A DNA stretch of 64,000 nt from an uncultured Pseudohongiella sp. (GTDB lineage: Bacteria > Pseudomonadota > Gammaproteobacteria > Pseudomonadales > Pseudohongiellaceae). Position numbers and translations under genes: made by a program. The notes under the pieces are model-generated. The model did not search any database. It was not told the origin of the DNA and was given only the letters and a program-made list of their open reading frames with translations. This document shows positions 47,281 to 58,272 of the stretch, piece after piece. The stretch is taken from positions 1,496,368 through 1,560,367 of the forward strand of contig OZ220475.1 in NCBI GenBank assembly GCA_965115845.1, given 5' to 3'. Each line of letters starts with the position of its first letter. The stretch's first letter is position 1.

Positions 47281-48827
47281 CCGCCGCGACAGACCAGCGC
47301 AGCGCGGAAATCCGGGCGGCCGCGGCGGCGCTCGGCGCGCCCCTGCTTGATCTCGACGCTTTCGACCCGCAACTGATCGAGCGCGGCCTGCTCGACCGCA
47401 AGCTGATTCGGCAGCATTGCGTATTGCCGCTGCTGCGCAGCGGCGACCGGCTGCTGCTCGCGCTGTCCGATCCCGCGGCGACGGCCGCGCTGGACGAGGT
47501 CAAGTTCCACACCGGCCTTGCGGTGCAGCCGGTGGTCGTGGAAGCGGACAAGCTCGAACGGGCCTTGCGCTTGCAGGGGCGCGGCGAGGGGCTGCTCGAC
47601 GAACTCGGTCTCGACGAGTTGCAGGCCGAGGCGGCGCCGGAGCCCGGCGCCGCGGGCGAGGCGGCGGGCGCGGACGAAACGCCCATCGTGCGCCTGGTCA
47701 ACCGGCTGCTGCTGGACGCCTTGCAGGCCGGGGCGTCGGATATTCATTTCGAACCATTCGAAACGACCTGCAAGGTCCGCTTCCGCATCGACGGCGTCTT
47801 GCGCGAGATCACCCGCCCGCCGGTCAATATCGCCCGGCGCATTGCCTCGCGGCTGAAAATCATGGCGCAAATGGATATTTCGGAGCGGCGGCTGCCCCAG
47901 GACGGCCGCATCCGGCTGCGCATGGCGGACGGGGGAGTGGATTTCCGCGTCAATACCTTGCCCACGCTGTGGGGAGAAAAGCTGGTGCTGCGCGCGCTCG
48001 ACGGCGGCGGCGAGCAAATGGATATCGAAGCCCTGGGCCTGACGGACGCCCAGCGCGAACAATACCTGCGCGCGCTGCGAAGGAGCCAGGGCCTGATCCT
48101 GGTCACCGGTCCCACCGGCAGCGGCAAGACAGTCACGCTCTATGCCGGGCTGCGCCTGCTCAATACCCCGGAAAGAAATATCGCCACGGTCGAGGATCCG
48201 GTGGAAATAAATCTCGAAGGCGTCAATCAGGTCGCCGTCAACAATCGCGTGGGGCTGGATTTCGCGCTGGCGCTGCGCGCCTTCCTGCGGCAAGACCCGG
48301 ACGTGCTCATGGTCGGCGAGATCCGCGATCCGGAAACGGCCGAAATCGCCGTGAAAGCCGCCCAGACCGGCCATCTGGTACTTTCGACCCTGCATACCAA
48401 CAGCGCCGGAGAAACACTGGCCCGACTCAAGAACATGGGCGTGCCGGCTTTCAATCTGGCGACTTCGGTGCGATTGATCATCGCCCAGCGCCTCGCCCGC
48501 AAGCTTTGCCCGCATTGCCGGCAACCCGCGCGGCTGCCGCGCGAAACCCTGCTCGAGGCGGGCTTCCCGCAAGCCGGGGTCGATGAGCTGGAGTTGTTCG
48601 GCGCCCGGGGCTGCGAACATTGCAAGGACGGCTACCGGGGCCGGGTCGGCGTCTACGAGGTATTGCCCGTCAGCCCGGCCATGGCGGACCTCATCATGCG
48701 CGACGGCGACGCCCTCCGGATCGCCGCCCTGGCAAGCGAGGAAGGACACGGCGACCTGCGCCGGGCGGCGCTCGACAAGGCCGCGGCGGGACTGACCAGC
48801 CTCGACGAAGTCAACCGCGTCGCTTGA
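47274..48827 (+). CDS. pilB: Type IV pilus assembly ATPase PilB
   Basis: GSPII_E-type N-terminal domain ([22 protein letters not shown]). Walker [20 protein letters not shown]...CEHC tetracysteine motif. Start inferred at an in-frame GTG overlapping the pilA stop, because no ATG is available nearby. Confidence 0.88.
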   Translation: MLTAATDQRSAEIRAAAAALGAPLLDLDAFDPQLIERGLLDRKLIRQHCVLPLLRSGDRLLLALSDPAATAALDEVKFHTGLAVQPVVVEADKLERALRLQGRGEGLLDELGLDELQAEAAPEPGAAGEAAGADETPIVRLVNRLLLDALQAGASDIHFEPFETTCKVRFRIDGVLREITRPPVNIARRIASRLKIMAQMDISERRLPQDGRIRLRMADGGVDFRVNTLPTLWGEKLVLRALDGGGEQMDIEALGLTDAQREQYLRALRRSQGLILVTGPTGSGKTVTLYAGLRLLNTPERNIATVEDPVEINLEGVNQVAVNNRVGLDFALALRAFLRQDPDVLMVGEIRDPETAEIAVKAAQTGHLVLSTLHTNSAGETLARLKNMGVPAFNLATSVRLIIAQRLARKLCPHCRQPARLPRETLLEAGFPQAGVDELELFGARGCEHCKDGYRGRVGVYEVLPVSPAMADLIMRDGDALRIAALASEEGHGDLRRAALDKAAAGLTSLDEVNRVA

Positions 48828-48972
48828 GGGAAGCTCTGATCGAGTCAGAGCTTCCCTGCGGCACATGGATGTGCCGCCGGATTCGGCGGCGCGAGCCGCA
48901 GAATCCGGGAGCAAGACAAAACCACGCTTTTGTCTTGCGGCAATGAATAATTCCATGGATGGAATTATTCAG
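48828..48972 (-). repeat. Modular intergenic repeat, reverse orientation, full length; first of a tandem pair
   Basis: GGGAAGCTCTGAtcgagTCAGAGCTTCCCtgcggcacatggatgtgccgccggattcggcggcgcgagccgcagaatccgggagcaagacaaaaccacgcttttgtcttgcggcaatGAATAATTCCATGGATGGAATTATTC. Confidence 0.8.
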
Positions 48973-48981
48973 AGGATACAA

Positions 48982-49117
48982 GGAAAGCTCTGATCGAGTC
49001 AGAGCTTCCCTGCGGCACATGCCCGCGGTGCTGGAGAGCGTCGCCGGATTCGGCGGCGCAAGCCATTGCATACGGGAGCAAGACAAAACCACGCTTTGGT
49101 CTTGCGGCAATGAATAC
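48982..49117 (-). repeat. Modular intergenic repeat, reverse orientation; second of the tandem pair, module A truncated
   Basis: GGAAAGCTCTGAtcgagTCAGAGCTTCCCtgcggcacatgcccgcgg...ccggattcggcggcgcaagccattgcatacgggagcaagacaaaaccacgctttggtcttgcggcaatgaatac. Confidence 0.75.
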
Positions 49118-49141
49118 TTGAGACGGCGGAGGCGGGCGATA

Positions 49142-50350
49142 TTGAACGCGCAGATCGATTTCATCTGGCGGGGAACCGACCGCCGGGGCAAGCCGGCCCA
49201 GGGCGAAATCGCCGAAGCCAGCCTGGCGCTGGCCAAGGCGCGATTGCGGCGGCGGGGGATCCGGCCGGCGCTGGTCCGGCGCAAGCCGCGGCCCTTGTTC
49301 GGCATCGGCCGGGAACGGATCTCGGCAGCCGATATAGCCATCTTTACCCGCCAGTTGGCGACCATGATCAGGTCGGCGATCCCGCTGGTGCAGGCGCTGA
49401 CCATCATGGCCGCAAGCACGGACAATGCCTCGTTGCGCGCCTTGATCCTCAGGGTGCGCGACGATGTCGCCGGCGGCCGCGGACTGGCCGACAGCATGGC
49501 GCGTCATCCGCGCCGGTTCGACTCGCTTTATTGCAGCCTGATAGCGGCCGGAGAATCGTCGGGCACGCTGGAAACCATGCTCGACCGGCTCGCGGGCTAC
49601 CGGGAAAAGTCGGAAAGGCTCAAGTCCCGCATCCGCAAGGCGCTGACCTATCCGGCCGCCGTGGTCTGCGTAGCGCTCGCGGTGACCATGGTGCTGCTGA
49701 CCCGGGTCGTTCCCGTCTTCGCCGAAACTTTCGCGGGATTCGACGCCGAATTGCCCCCGTTCACCCGGTTCGTCCTGCACCTGTCCGACCTTGCCGCGGC
49801 GCGCTGGCGTCATGCCGTCGCGGTCGCCCTGGCCGCGGCCGGCGCCTCGATCTGGCTGCCGCGCCATTCAGCCCGGGCCGACGCCTTGCGGCAACGCCTG
49901 CTGTTGCGCCTGCCGGTGGTCGGGCCGCTGTTGCGCAATGCCGCCGTCGCGCGTTTCTCCCGCACCCTGGCGACGCTGTTCCGCGCCGGCGCGCCGCTGA
50001 CCGACGCGCTCGAGCGCGTCGCCGAGGCGACGGGCAATGCGGTTTACGCCGACGCGGTCCGCGTCATTCGCGAAGACGTGCGCAACGGCCAGTCCCTGAC
50101 CGGGGCGATTCGCGCGGCGAAGCTGTTTCCGCCCATGCTCGAACAACTTGTCGGCATCGGCGAAGAATCCGGCGCGCTTGACGACATGCTCGACAAGTGC
50201 GCCGGTTTTTACGAGGAAGATGTCGAAAATCGGGTAGACCGCTTAACGGCCTTGCTCGAGCCCTTTATAATGGCCGCGCTCGGCCTCCTGGTCGGCGGGC
50301 TGATGATCGCCATGTACCTGCCGATTTTCCGACTCGGTTCGGTCCTCTGA
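49142..50350 (+). CDS. pilC: Type IV pilus inner-membrane platform protein PilC (GspF family)
   Basis: FIWRGTDRRGKPAQGEIEA-like N-terminus, FTRQLATMIRSAIPLVQAL, and a duplicated GspF domain. No in-frame ATG, so TTG at 49142 (GGAGG 8 nt upstream) is proposed. The track ORF start lies inside the repeat. Confidence 0.85.
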   Translation: MNAQIDFIWRGTDRRGKPAQGEIAEASLALAKARLRRRGIRPALVRRKPRPLFGIGRERISAADIAIFTRQLATMIRSAIPLVQALTIMAASTDNASLRALILRVRDDVAGGRGLADSMARHPRRFDSLYCSLIAAGESSGTLETMLDRLAGYREKSERLKSRIRKALTYPAAVVCVALAVTMVLLTRVVPVFAETFAGFDAELPPFTRFVLHLSDLAAARWRHAVAVALAAAGASIWLPRHSARADALRQRLLLRLPVVGPLLRNAAVARFSRTLATLFRAGAPLTDALERVAEATGNAVYADAVRVIREDVRNGQSLTGAIRAAKLFPPMLEQLVGIGEESGALDDMLDKCAGFYEEDVENRVDRLTALLEPFIMAALGLLVGGLMIAMYLPIFRLGSVL

Positions 50351-50364
50351 CTTGTCGCGCGTCC

Positions 50365-51240
50365 ATGCAATTTACGGAATTCCTCGCCAGCTCTCCCGGC
50401 CCGACCTTCGCCGTTTTCCTGATTTTCGGCCTGTTGCTCGGAAGTTTCGTCAACGTCGCGGCCTATCGGCTGCCGCTCATGCTGAATCGGCGATGGCAGA
50501 TCGAAACCAGGCATTTCCTCGGCCTGCTGGAGGATCCCCGCGCCGCCGAGGGCCGGCCCTTCAATCTGCTTCGACCCCGGTCCCATTGCCCGGATTGCAA
50601 GCGCCGGATCAGACCCTGGGAAATGATCCCGGTGTTCAGCTATGCGCTGTTGCGCGGCGAATGCGCCGGTTGCGGGCGGCGGATATCGCCGCGTTATCCC
50701 CTGACGGAACTCGGTTGCGGCCTGCTGGCCGGAGCGCTGGCGTTGCTCTTCGGGCCGGGCTGGCTCGCGCTGGTCCTGCTGCTGTTCTGTTGCGCGTTGA
50801 TCGCGCTCGCGATCATCGATATCGAAACCCGGCTGCTGCCCGACATGCTTACCTTGCCGCTGCTCTGGCTGGGCCTGCTGTTGAACGCATTGTTCCCCGA
50901 CCTGCTCGGAACCGGCGCGGCCGACGCCGTCATCGGCGCGGCCGCCGGCTACCTGTCGCTCGGCGGATTCCATTACGCCTATTACCTGTTGACCGGCAAG
51001 GAAGGCATGGCGCCCGGCGACTTCAAGCTGCTGGCCGCCATGTGCGCCTGGCTGGGCTGGACCGCGTTGCCGTTCATCGTGCTCATTTCATCGGTTGCCG
51101 GCGCGACCCTGGGCCTGATCCTGGTCGCGGTTCGCGGCCGCTCCTGGTCGCAGCCGATCGCCTTCGGCCCATTTCTGGTCTGCGCCGGCCTCGCGGTGTT
51201 GTTCGCGGGGCCGGAACGCATGGCCGGCTGGCTCGGCTGA
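50365..51240 (+). CDS. pilD: Prepilin peptidase / N-methyltransferase PilD (A24 family)
   Basis: MQFTEFLASSPGPTFAVFLIFGLLLGSFVNVAAYRLP...CPDCKRRIRPWEMIPV...CAGCGRRIS...GDFKLLAA. Confidence 0.9.
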   Translation: MQFTEFLASSPGPTFAVFLIFGLLLGSFVNVAAYRLPLMLNRRWQIETRHFLGLLEDPRAAEGRPFNLLRPRSHCPDCKRRIRPWEMIPVFSYALLRGECAGCGRRISPRYPLTELGCGLLAGALALLFGPGWLALVLLLFCCALIALAIIDIETRLLPDMLTLPLLWLGLLLNALFPDLLGTGAADAVIGAAAGYLSLGGFHYAYYLLTGKEGMAPGDFKLLAAMCAWLGWTALPFIVLISSVAGATLGLILVAVRGRSWSQPIAFGPFLVCAGLAVLFAGPERMAGWLG

Positions 51241-51255
51241 CGGAGTTCCGGACCC

Positions 51256-51858
51256 ATGTTCACGGTGGGGCTGACCGGCGGCGTCGGCAGCGGCAAAAGC
51301 ACGGTCGCCCGCATTTTCGCCGGACTGGGGGCGGAAATCATCGACGCGGACCAGATCGCGCGCGCGGTCGTCGCGCCGCCGAGCGCCGCGCTCGACGCCA
51401 TCCGCGCGCGCTACGGCGAGGAAATCCTGACCGGGGAAGGCATTCTCGACCGTCCGCGTCTGCGCCGGCTGGTCTTCGCCGACAGCGCCGAGCGCGACTG
51501 GCTCGAGCGCTTGCTGCATCCCCTGATCGACGAGCGCATTCGCCGGCGCATCGGCGCCTGCGGGAGCGCCTATTGCATGCTCGTTTCGCCGCTGTTGCTG
51601 GAAACTTCCCAACGCCGACTGGTCGACCATGTGCTCGTGGTCGATGTCTCGCGCCAGACCCAATTGCGCCGCAGCTTGTTGCGGGACCGGGACGAACGTG
51701 CCACCATCGAGGCGATCATCGATGCCCAGACAAGCCGCGAGCGGCGCCTGCGCGCCGCCGACGACGTGATCGACAACGAGGGCGCGGAAACCGCGCTGGC
51801 CGCCCGCGCGCGGGAACTGCACGCACGCTATCTGAACCTGGCGCAAGCCCATGAATGA
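51256..51858 (+). CDS. coaE: Dephospho-CoA kinase
   Basis: [21 protein letters not shown] (P-loop). Conserved position after pilD. Confidence 0.9.
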   Translation: MFTVGLTGGVGSGKSTVARIFAGLGAEIIDADQIARAVVAPPSAALDAIRARYGEEILTGEGILDRPRLRRLVFADSAERDWLERLLHPLIDERIRRRIGACGSAYCMLVSPLLLETSQRRLVDHVLVVDVSRQTQLRRSLLRDRDERATIEAIIDAQTSRERRLRAADDVIDNEGAETALAARARELHARYLNLAQAHE

Positions 51859-52051
51859 AGACGAACCGGTCGCGGTGAACTGTCCAACTTGCGGCAAGCT
51901 GGTGGAATGGATACAAGGCAATCCCTGCCGCCCCTTTTGCGGCGAGCGCTGCCGGCTCGTCGACCTGGGCGAATGGGCCGCCGAAAGGTATCGCGTCCCG
52001 GGCGAACCCGCCCCGCCGCCCGGCAAACCCGATTCCGAACCCCTGCAATAA
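51851..52051 (+). CDS. yacG: DNA gyrase inhibitor YacG (zinc ribbon)
   Basis: [12 protein letters not shown]...[17 protein letters not shown]. Overlaps the coaE end. Confidence 0.85.
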   Translation: MNEDEPVAVNCPTCGKLVEWIQGNPCRPFCGERCRLVDLGEWAAERYRVPGEPAPPPGKPDSEPLQ

Positions 52052-52052
52052 G

Positions 52053-52133
52053 CGCATTGGACGCGCGAGCAAGGCAGCAAGACCGCGCTTTGGTCTTGCG
52101 GCAATAAATCATTCCCATGGATGAAATGATTCA
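52053..52133 (-). repeat. Modular intergenic repeat, reverse orientation, degenerate (B-A)
   Basis: gcgagcaaggcagcaagaccgcgctttggtcttgcggcaataaatcattcccatggatgaaatgattca. Confidence 0.65.
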
Positions 52134-52161
52134 GAGGGCGCCCAGGGACGCGCGGCCCGCT

Positions 52162-53136
52162 TCAGCAGACAAAACCGCCGATGCCGGCGACGCCGAACGC
52201 GCCATGGGCCCGCGCCTGGCGCGCCTGCTCCGGACGCATGCCGCCAAGCGCGTATACCGGCAGGCTGGCCTGGTCCGCGAGCCGGCGGAAACCATGCCAG
52301 CCGAGCAGTTGCGCGGCATCGTATTTCCCGGTTGCGCGCACCGGCGAAAGCAGGGCGAAGTCCGCCCCGAGCCGCTCGGCCCGGCGCAGTTCCTCCCGCG
52401 TATGGCACGAGGCCCCGAACAAGCGCCCCGGCGGCGCCGGGCGCGCATCGAGTTGCGCCAGCACGCGGCTCGAGGCGTGAAATCCGCTGTCGGCCCATGC
52501 CGGTTGATAATATTCGGGGGGGTTATTGAACAGCAGCCGCGTCCGGCTGCCCGCCGCCAGTTCCATGGCCAGCAGGAACCATTCCCGATATCTGTCCGGC
52601 GACAGCTTCGGCTGGCGCACCTGGACCAGTTCCCGGCCGGCGGCGACCAGTTTGCGCGTCAATTCGAGGAATTCGCGCTTGCTTTCGACCGCGGGCGTGA
52701 TCGTGATCGTATCCGGCAAACGCAGCAACTCGACAATGCGGGCGTTGGCGGCCGGGAAGTCCGCCGCGAACAGTTCATGCCGCGCCCGCCATTCGATCTT
52801 CTGTCCTTCCCTGCCCGCGGGCGCGCCGACATGGCGACTTGCCAGGCGGACATCGAGCAGCACGCGCTTGTCGGCGTAACGATGCTCGACCCGGCATAGC
52901 GGATGGCTGGCCAGCACTCGCAGGCCGGTTTCTTCGCGCAACTCGCGATGCAGGGCCTGCAAGGGCGGTTCGCCCGGTTCGCGCTTGCCGCCGGGAAATT
53001 CCCACAGACCGCCCTGATGGCTGCCCTGCTTGCGCAAGGCGACGAGCACTTCGTCCCGGTGGTTGAAAACCACGGCCGCCATGACATGAATCGGCGCCGC
53101 GGCGTCCGGGGAGGCTTCAACTGCGATATTCGGCAT
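52162..53136 (-). CDS. mutT: Nudix hydrolase (MutT-like) fused to a ThiE/TenI-like domain
   Basis: Nudix box GGKREPGEPPLQALHRELREETGL. The C-terminal half has the ThiE-like ...ADFALLSPV..T......G...F. Similar fusions are recalled from Pseudomonas. Confidence 0.8.
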   Translation of the reverse strand: MPNIAVEASPDAAAPIHVMAAVVFNHRDEVLVALRKQGSHQGGLWEFPGGKREPGEPPLQALHRELREETGLRVLASHPLCRVEHRYADKRVLLDVRLASRHVGAPAGREGQKIEWRARHELFAADFPAANARIVELLRLPDTITITPAVESKREFLELTRKLVAAGRELVQVRQPKLSPDRYREWFLLAMELAAGSRTRLLFNNPPEYYQPAWADSGFHASSRVLAQLDARPAPPGRLFGASCHTREELRRAERLGADFALLSPVRATGKYDAAQLLGWHGFRRLADQASLPVYALGGMRPEQARQARAHGAFGVAGIGGFVC

Positions 53137-54340
53137 TGATGCGCACGTAGTCGTGGCTCAGGTCGGAGGTCCAGACCGTTTCCCGGCAATCGCCGCGGCC
53201 GAGACGGATATCGATATCGATGTCGGCGCCGGCCATCGCGGCCAGGCCCGCCGCCTCGGAATAGTCCGGATGCGGTTCGCCGCCGGCGACAACCGGGACG
53301 CCGCCGAGGAAAATCCGCAACCTCGCCGGTTCCAGGTCCGGCAGCCCCGCCCTGCCGACGGCGGCCAGAATGCGGCCCCAATTCGGATCCGAAGCGAAAC
53401 AGGCGGTTTTCACCAGCGGCGATTCAGCCACGGCATAGGCCACTTGCAGGCATTCGCCGGCAGTGGCGCCTTCGCTCACGCATATGGCGATGAACTTGCA
53501 GGCGCCTTCGGCGTCGCGGATGACCGCCTGGGCCAGGCGCCGGAATACTCCCGCCAGCGCCGCCCGGAAACCGTCCCGGACAGCGCGGTCCCGTTCGTCC
53601 AGCGCCGCGCCGGCGCCGGTCGCGACCAGCACGCAGGCGTCGTTGGTCGAAGTATCGCCGTCGACGGTGATGCGATGGAAACTGTGTTCCACCTGTTCGC
53701 GCAACAGCGAATCCACCCGGTCGCGGCCGAGCTTCGCGTCGGTGGCGACGAAAGCGAGCAACGTCGCCATGTCGGGCCGGATCATGCCCGCGCCCTTGGC
53801 GATGCCGGCGATGCGCACGGTCTCGCCGCCGCAATCGAATTCGGCGCCGGCGATTTTCGGCCTGGTGTCCGTGGTGAGAATGCCCCGGGCCGCCTCGGGC
53901 CAGGCCGCGGCGTCGAACCGGGCGGTCAATCGCGGCACGGCGTCGATTATCCGGTCGGCCGGGAGCGCCTCGCCGATGACGCCGGTGGAAAACGGCAATA
54001 CCTGCTCGACTTTTGCGCCGCAGCGACGCGCCAGGGCCTCGCAACACGCGAGCGCGGCCGCGCGGCCCGCGCGCCCGGTCCCCGCATTGGCGTTGCCGGC
54101 ATTGATCAGCAGGTAGCGCGGCCGGGCGACGCGCAGGTGCGCCCGGGCGATTTCCACCGGCGCGGCGCAGCAAGCGTTGCGCGTGAATACCGCCGCGGTC
54201 TCGCTGCCGGGAGCGAGTTCCATGGCGACCAGGTCGAGCCGGTCCCGATAGCGGATATTGGCGCGCGCCGCCGCAAGGCGCACGCCGGGAACGGAGCCGA
54301 CGGACTCCGACTGCGAGCCGCCGTCAGCGGATGCGGCCAT
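53117..54340 (-). CDS. argJ: Bifunctional glutamate N-acetyltransferase / amino-acid acetyltransferase ArgJ
   Basis: [24 protein letters not shown] (autoprocessing Thr region) and [13 protein letters not shown]. Start at the second Met (54340), just after the secA stop. Confidence 0.9.
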   Translation of the reverse strand: MAASADGGSQSESVGSVPGVRLAAARANIRYRDRLDLVAMELAPGSETAAVFTRNACCAAPVEIARAHLRVARPRYLLINAGNANAGTGRAGRAAALACCEALARRCGAKVEQVLPFSTGVIGEALPADRIIDAVPRLTARFDAAAWPEAARGILTTDTRPKIAGAEFDCGGETVRIAGIAKGAGMIRPDMATLLAFVATDAKLGRDRVDSLLREQVEHSFHRITVDGDTSTNDACVLVATGAGAALDERDRAVRDGFRAALAGVFRRLAQAVIRDAEGACKFIAICVSEGATAGECLQVAYAVAESPLVKTACFASDPNWGRILAAVGRAGLPDLEPARLRIFLGGVPVVAGGEPHPDYSEAAGLAAMAGADIDIDIRLGRGDCRETVWTSDLSHDYVRINAEYRS

Positions 54341-57104
54341 GGCAGAGCTTGTACTTCCTGCCGGAACCGCAGGGACAAGGCGCATTGCGGCCCACTTTCG
54401 GCACTTCGCGGACGAAAGGTTGCGGCCGCGCCTGCTGTTGCGGAGCTTGCCGGGATTGCGGCGGCTGAGGCTGCTGCCGGGCGGCCGCCGCGCCGCTGAG
54501 CGCGGATACGCTCTGATGCTGGAAGCTCATGCGCGCCCGCGCCGCTTCCTGTTGCCGCCGCCGCTCGATGGCGGCGGCTTCATCTTCCTGGCGGATAGTC
54601 GCCTGACTCAACATCTTGACCACTTCGAACCGGAAATTCGACAGCAGCTCCTGAAATAGGGCGAAGGCTTCGCGCTTGTATTCCTGGCGCGGATTCCTGC
54701 CGCCGTAACTGCGCAGGAAGATGCCCTGGCGCATATGATCCATGGTAGCCAGATGCTCCTTCCACAAGGTGTCGAGAATCTGCAACATGATCTGCTTTTC
54801 GAACAGGCGCATCTTGTCGCCCACCGCGGAACACTTGGCGCTGTATTCCTGCCTGAGAACCGCGTCGATCTTTTCCTTGAGCAGTTGTTCGCGCAGCGAT
54901 TCGTCCGCGTCCAGCCATTCGCGAATTGGCTGTTTCGAGCGGAACTCGATTTCGACGGCCTTTTCCAGACCTTCGATATCCCATTGTTCCGGAATGCTTT
55001 GCGGCGGGATGAAGCGGTCGACGAGCTGCGCGACCACCTCTGCGCGCATGTCGTCGAGCAATCCGGTGACATCCTCGTTGCTCATCAGTTCATTGCGCTG
55101 CCGATAAATGATCGTGCGCTGGTCATTGGCGACATTGTCATATTCAAGCAATTGCTTTCTTGTGTCGAAATTGCGTCCTTCCACCTTGCGCTGGGCCTTT
55201 TCGATCGAACGCGTGACCATGCCGGCCTCGATCGCCTCGCCGCGTTGCATGCCGAGGCGGCGCATGAATTTCTTCACGTTTTCTCCAGCGAAAATCCGCA
55301 TCAGGTCGTCTTCCATCGACAGGTAGAAACGCGAATGGCCCGGATCGCCCTGGCGGCCGGCGCGGCCGCGCAGCTGGTTGTCGATGCGGCGCGATTCATG
55401 ACGTTCGGTGCCGATGATATGCAGGCCGCCGGCCGCCACCACCTGGTCGTGGCGCTCCCGCCACGCGTCGCGAATGCGCTGGACGCGGGCCTCGTCGGGC
55501 GACTCCAGCGCTTCGACTTCGGCCTCCCATTTGCCGCCGAGCACGATGTCGGTGCCGCGGCCCGCCATGTTGGTGGCGATGGTCACCGCGCCGGGGCGCC
55601 CGGCCTGGGCGATGATATGCGCTTCCCTTTCGTGGAACTTGGCGTTGAGCACTTCGTGCCTGATGCCGTTCTTCTCCAGGAAGCCCGAAAGCAGTTCCGA
55701 ATTCTCGATCGAGGCCGTGCCCACCAGCACCGGCGCGCCCCTGGCGCTGATCTCGCTGATGTCCCTGGCCACGGCTTCGAATTTCTCTTCCATGGTCAGA
55801 TAGATCAGATCGTTGTCGTCGACGCGGATCATGGGCGCGTTGGTCGGAATGACGACAACATCGAGGCCGTAGATCTGATTGAACTCGAACGCTTCGGTAT
55901 CCGCCGTGCCGGTCATGCCGGCAAGCTTGCGGTAGATGCGGAAATAATTCTGGAAGGTGGTCGAGGCCAGGGTCTGGCTTTCGCTCTGGATCGGCAGCCG
56001 CTCCTTGGCTTCCAGCGCCTGATGCAGGCCCTCGGAAAGGCGCCGGCCCGCCATCGTGCGGCCGGTATGTTCGTCGATCAGCACGATGCGCTGATCCTGC
56101 ACGATGTATTGCACGTCCTTCTGGAACAGGTGATGCGCTTTCAGCGCGGCGTATATGTGATGCAGCAAGTTCAGGTTGGTCGCCGCATATAGCGATTCGC
56201 CCGGATCGAGCATATTGCGGTCGGCCAGCAACTGCTCGACGAAGGCGTGGCCGCCCTCGGTCAATTCGACCTGCCTGGTCCTCTCGTCGACGGTGAAATG
56301 GCCGGATTCCTCGGCCACATAATTGCGATCCATCATTTCCAGCCTGGATCTCTCGACCCGCTGGCCGCGCCTGAGCCGCTGCGCCAGCTTGTCGATGTCC
56401 TGGTAAAGCCGGGAACCGGCTTCGGCGGCGCCGGAAATGATCAACGGCGTGCGCGCCTCGTCTATGAGGATCGAGTCGACTTCGTCGACGATGGCGAAAT
56501 TGAGCGGCTTCTGCATCCGGTCTTCGAGCCTGAACGCCATGTTGTCGCGCAAGTAGTCGAAGCCGAATTCGTTGTTCGTGCCGTAAGTGATGGAACAGCC
56601 GTAGGCGGCCTGCTTTTCCGCCACGCTCATGCCGGCCTTGATCACGCCCACGCTCAGACCGAGGAATTCGTAGATGGGACGCATCCATTCGGCGTCGCGC
56701 TCGGCCAGATATTCGTTCACCGTGACGATATGCACGCCCTCGCCCGCGAGCGCGTTCAGATAGGCCGGCAAGGTCGCCGCCAGGGTCTTGCCTTCGCCGG
56801 TGCGCATCTCGGCGATCGAGCCCTCGTGCAATGCGATGCCGCCGATCAACTGCACGTCGAACTGCCGCATTCGCAAGCTGCGCCTGCTCGCTTCGCGCAC
56901 GGCGGCGAAAGCCTCCGGCAGCAGTTTCCCGAGCGTCTCGCCCTGCTCCAGCCGGGCGCGCAGCGTCTCGGCGCCGGCGCGGATTTGCTGGTCGCTCATG
57001 GCCTCGAATGTCGGCTCGAGCCGGTTGATCGCGGCCACGGTCCTGCGCATCCGCTTCAGCTTGCGCGAATTGCTGCTGCCGAAGATCCTGCTGAATAATT
57101 TCAT
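54324..57104 (-). CDS. secA: Preprotein translocase ATPase SecA
   Basis: 926 aa. [20 protein letters not shown] (Walker A), [19 protein letters not shown], and the C-terminal zinc motif [14 protein letters not shown]. Confidence 0.95.
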   Translation of the reverse strand: MKLFSRIFGSSNSRKLKRMRRTVAAINRLEPTFEAMSDQQIRAGAETLRARLEQGETLGKLLPEAFAAVREASRRSLRMRQFDVQLIGGIALHEGSIAEMRTGEGKTLAATLPAYLNALAGEGVHIVTVNEYLAERDAEWMRPIYEFLGLSVGVIKAGMSVAEKQAAYGCSITYGTNNEFGFDYLRDNMAFRLEDRMQKPLNFAIVDEVDSILIDEARTPLIISGAAEAGSRLYQDIDKLAQRLRRGQRVERSRLEMMDRNYVAEESGHFTVDERTRQVELTEGGHAFVEQLLADRNMLDPGESLYAATNLNLLHHIYAALKAHHLFQKDVQYIVQDQRIVLIDEHTGRTMAGRRLSEGLHQALEAKERLPIQSESQTLASTTFQNYFRIYRKLAGMTGTADTEAFEFNQIYGLDVVVIPTNAPMIRVDDNDLIYLTMEEKFEAVARDISEISARGAPVLVGTASIENSELLSGFLEKNGIRHEVLNAKFHEREAHIIAQAGRPGAVTIATNMAGRGTDIVLGGKWEAEVEALESPDEARVQRIRDAWRERHDQVVAAGGLHIIGTERHESRRIDNQLRGRAGRQGDPGHSRFYLSMEDDLMRIFAGENVKKFMRRLGMQRGEAIEAGMVTRSIEKAQRKVEGRNFDTRKQLLEYDNVANDQRTIIYRQRNELMSNEDVTGLLDDMRAEVVAQLVDRFIPPQSIPEQWDIEGLEKAVEIEFRSKQPIREWLDADESLREQLLKEKIDAVLRQEYSAKCSAVGDKMRLFEKQIMLQILDTLWKEHLATMDHMRQGIFLRSYGGRNPRQEYKREAFALFQELLSNFRFEVVKMLSQATIRQEDEAAAIERRRQQEAARARMSFQHQSVSALSGAAAARQQPQPPQSRQAPQQQARPQPFVREVPKVGRNAPCPCGSGRKYKLCHGRIR

Positions 57105-57211
57105 CTGCCTTCCGGATTCGGCCGCAAACCGGCCGGCGCCGGGGCGGCCGCCGCTCGCGGCGGAACAAGGGCTGATTATAATCTGGAAGCGTCCTTGATT
57201 CAGTCAGGGAT

Positions 57212-58123
57212 TCAGGCGGCGAGCACGGGCCTGACGTAGGAAATGGGCGCGCTGGCTTCCTGGTCGAACCGGACGATTTCCCAGGCGCCGTCGGTCACCT
57301 CGAGCGTTCGCAACAGCGCGTTGTTCAAGGCGTGTCCCGACTTGTATCCCTTGAATTCGCCGATCAGCCCCCGCCCGAGCAGGTAAAGGTCGCCGATCGA
57401 ATCGAGGATCTTGTGCTTGACGAACTCGTCCTCGTAGCGCAGTCCGTCCTTGTTGAGCACCTTGTAGTCGCCGACGGCAATGGCGTTGTCCATGCTCGCG
57501 CCGAGCGCGAGATTGCGATTGCGCAATTCCTCGAATTCGTGCATGAAGCCGAAAGTGCGGGCGCGGGATACTTCCTTGACGAAGGAGGTGCTGGAAAAAT
57601 CCACGGTGGCGGACTTGGTGTATTTGCGATACACCGGATGGTCGTACAGCAATGTGTAACTGACCTTGAAACCGTTGAAGGGTTCGAGGCTGACGGACTT
57701 GTCGCCCTGGCGCAGGCAGACCGGCTTCCTGATGCGGATGAAACTCTTGCTCGCCTGCTGTTCTTCGATGCCGGCGGACTGGATGAGGAACACGAAAGGT
57801 CCGGCGCTGCCGTCCATGATCGGAATCTCGGCGGCGTCGACCTCGATGACGGCATTGTCGATGCCGAGACCGCACAGGGCGGACATGAGATGCTCGATCG
57901 TGGCTATGCGGACGCCGTCCTTGACCAGGGTCGTCGACAAGGTGGTGTCCCCGACGTTGTCCGCGCGGGCGGCGATCTCGACGATCGGATCCAGGTCCGT
58001 CCGGCGGAATGCGATGCCGGCATTGGCCGGCGCCGGACGCAAGGTCAGGTTCACCTTGTTGCCGGTATGCAGGCCGACGCCGGTGGCGCGAATCGGATTC
58101 TTCAGGGTTCGCTGCTTCAGCAC
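57212..58123 (-). CDS. lpxC: UDP-3-O-acyl-N-acetylglucosamine deacetylase
   Basis: (M)[20 protein letters not shown]...[12 protein letters not shown] at 58123 gives the usual N-terminus. The upstream ATG at 58144 is the alternative start. Confidence 0.9.
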   Translation of the reverse strand: MLKQRTLKNPIRATGVGLHTGNKVNLTLRPAPANAGIAFRRTDLDPIVEIAARADNVGDTTLSTTLVKDGVRIATIEHLMSALCGLGIDNAVIEVDAAEIPIMDGSAGPFVFLIQSAGIEEQQASKSFIRIRKPVCLRQGDKSVSLEPFNGFKVSYTLLYDHPVYRKYTKSATVDFSSTSFVKEVSRARTFGFMHEFEELRNRNLALGASMDNAIAVGDYKVLNKDGLRYEDEFVKHKILDSIGDLYLLGRGLIGEFKGYKSGHALNNALLRTLEVTDGAWEIVRFDQEASAPISYVRPVLAA

Positions 58124-58272
58124 GGGATCGGGGCCCAGCCTCAAATTGTCGAAATGCTAACAGACTCTGCGCGGCTTCCCAAGATCCGGGACAGCCGCGA
58201 ACGCGCCGATTCTAGCAGCATTTCTCTTGAGACCGGCGAAGAAAGGAAAAGTTCACGACTCCGAAGCTTCTG

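Noticed and set aside
57171-57180. Palindromic gattataatc about 70 nt upstream of secA, considered as a -10 promoter element
   Set aside because: There is no convincing -35 at 16-18 nt on the secA strand. A single hexamer match is not sufficient.
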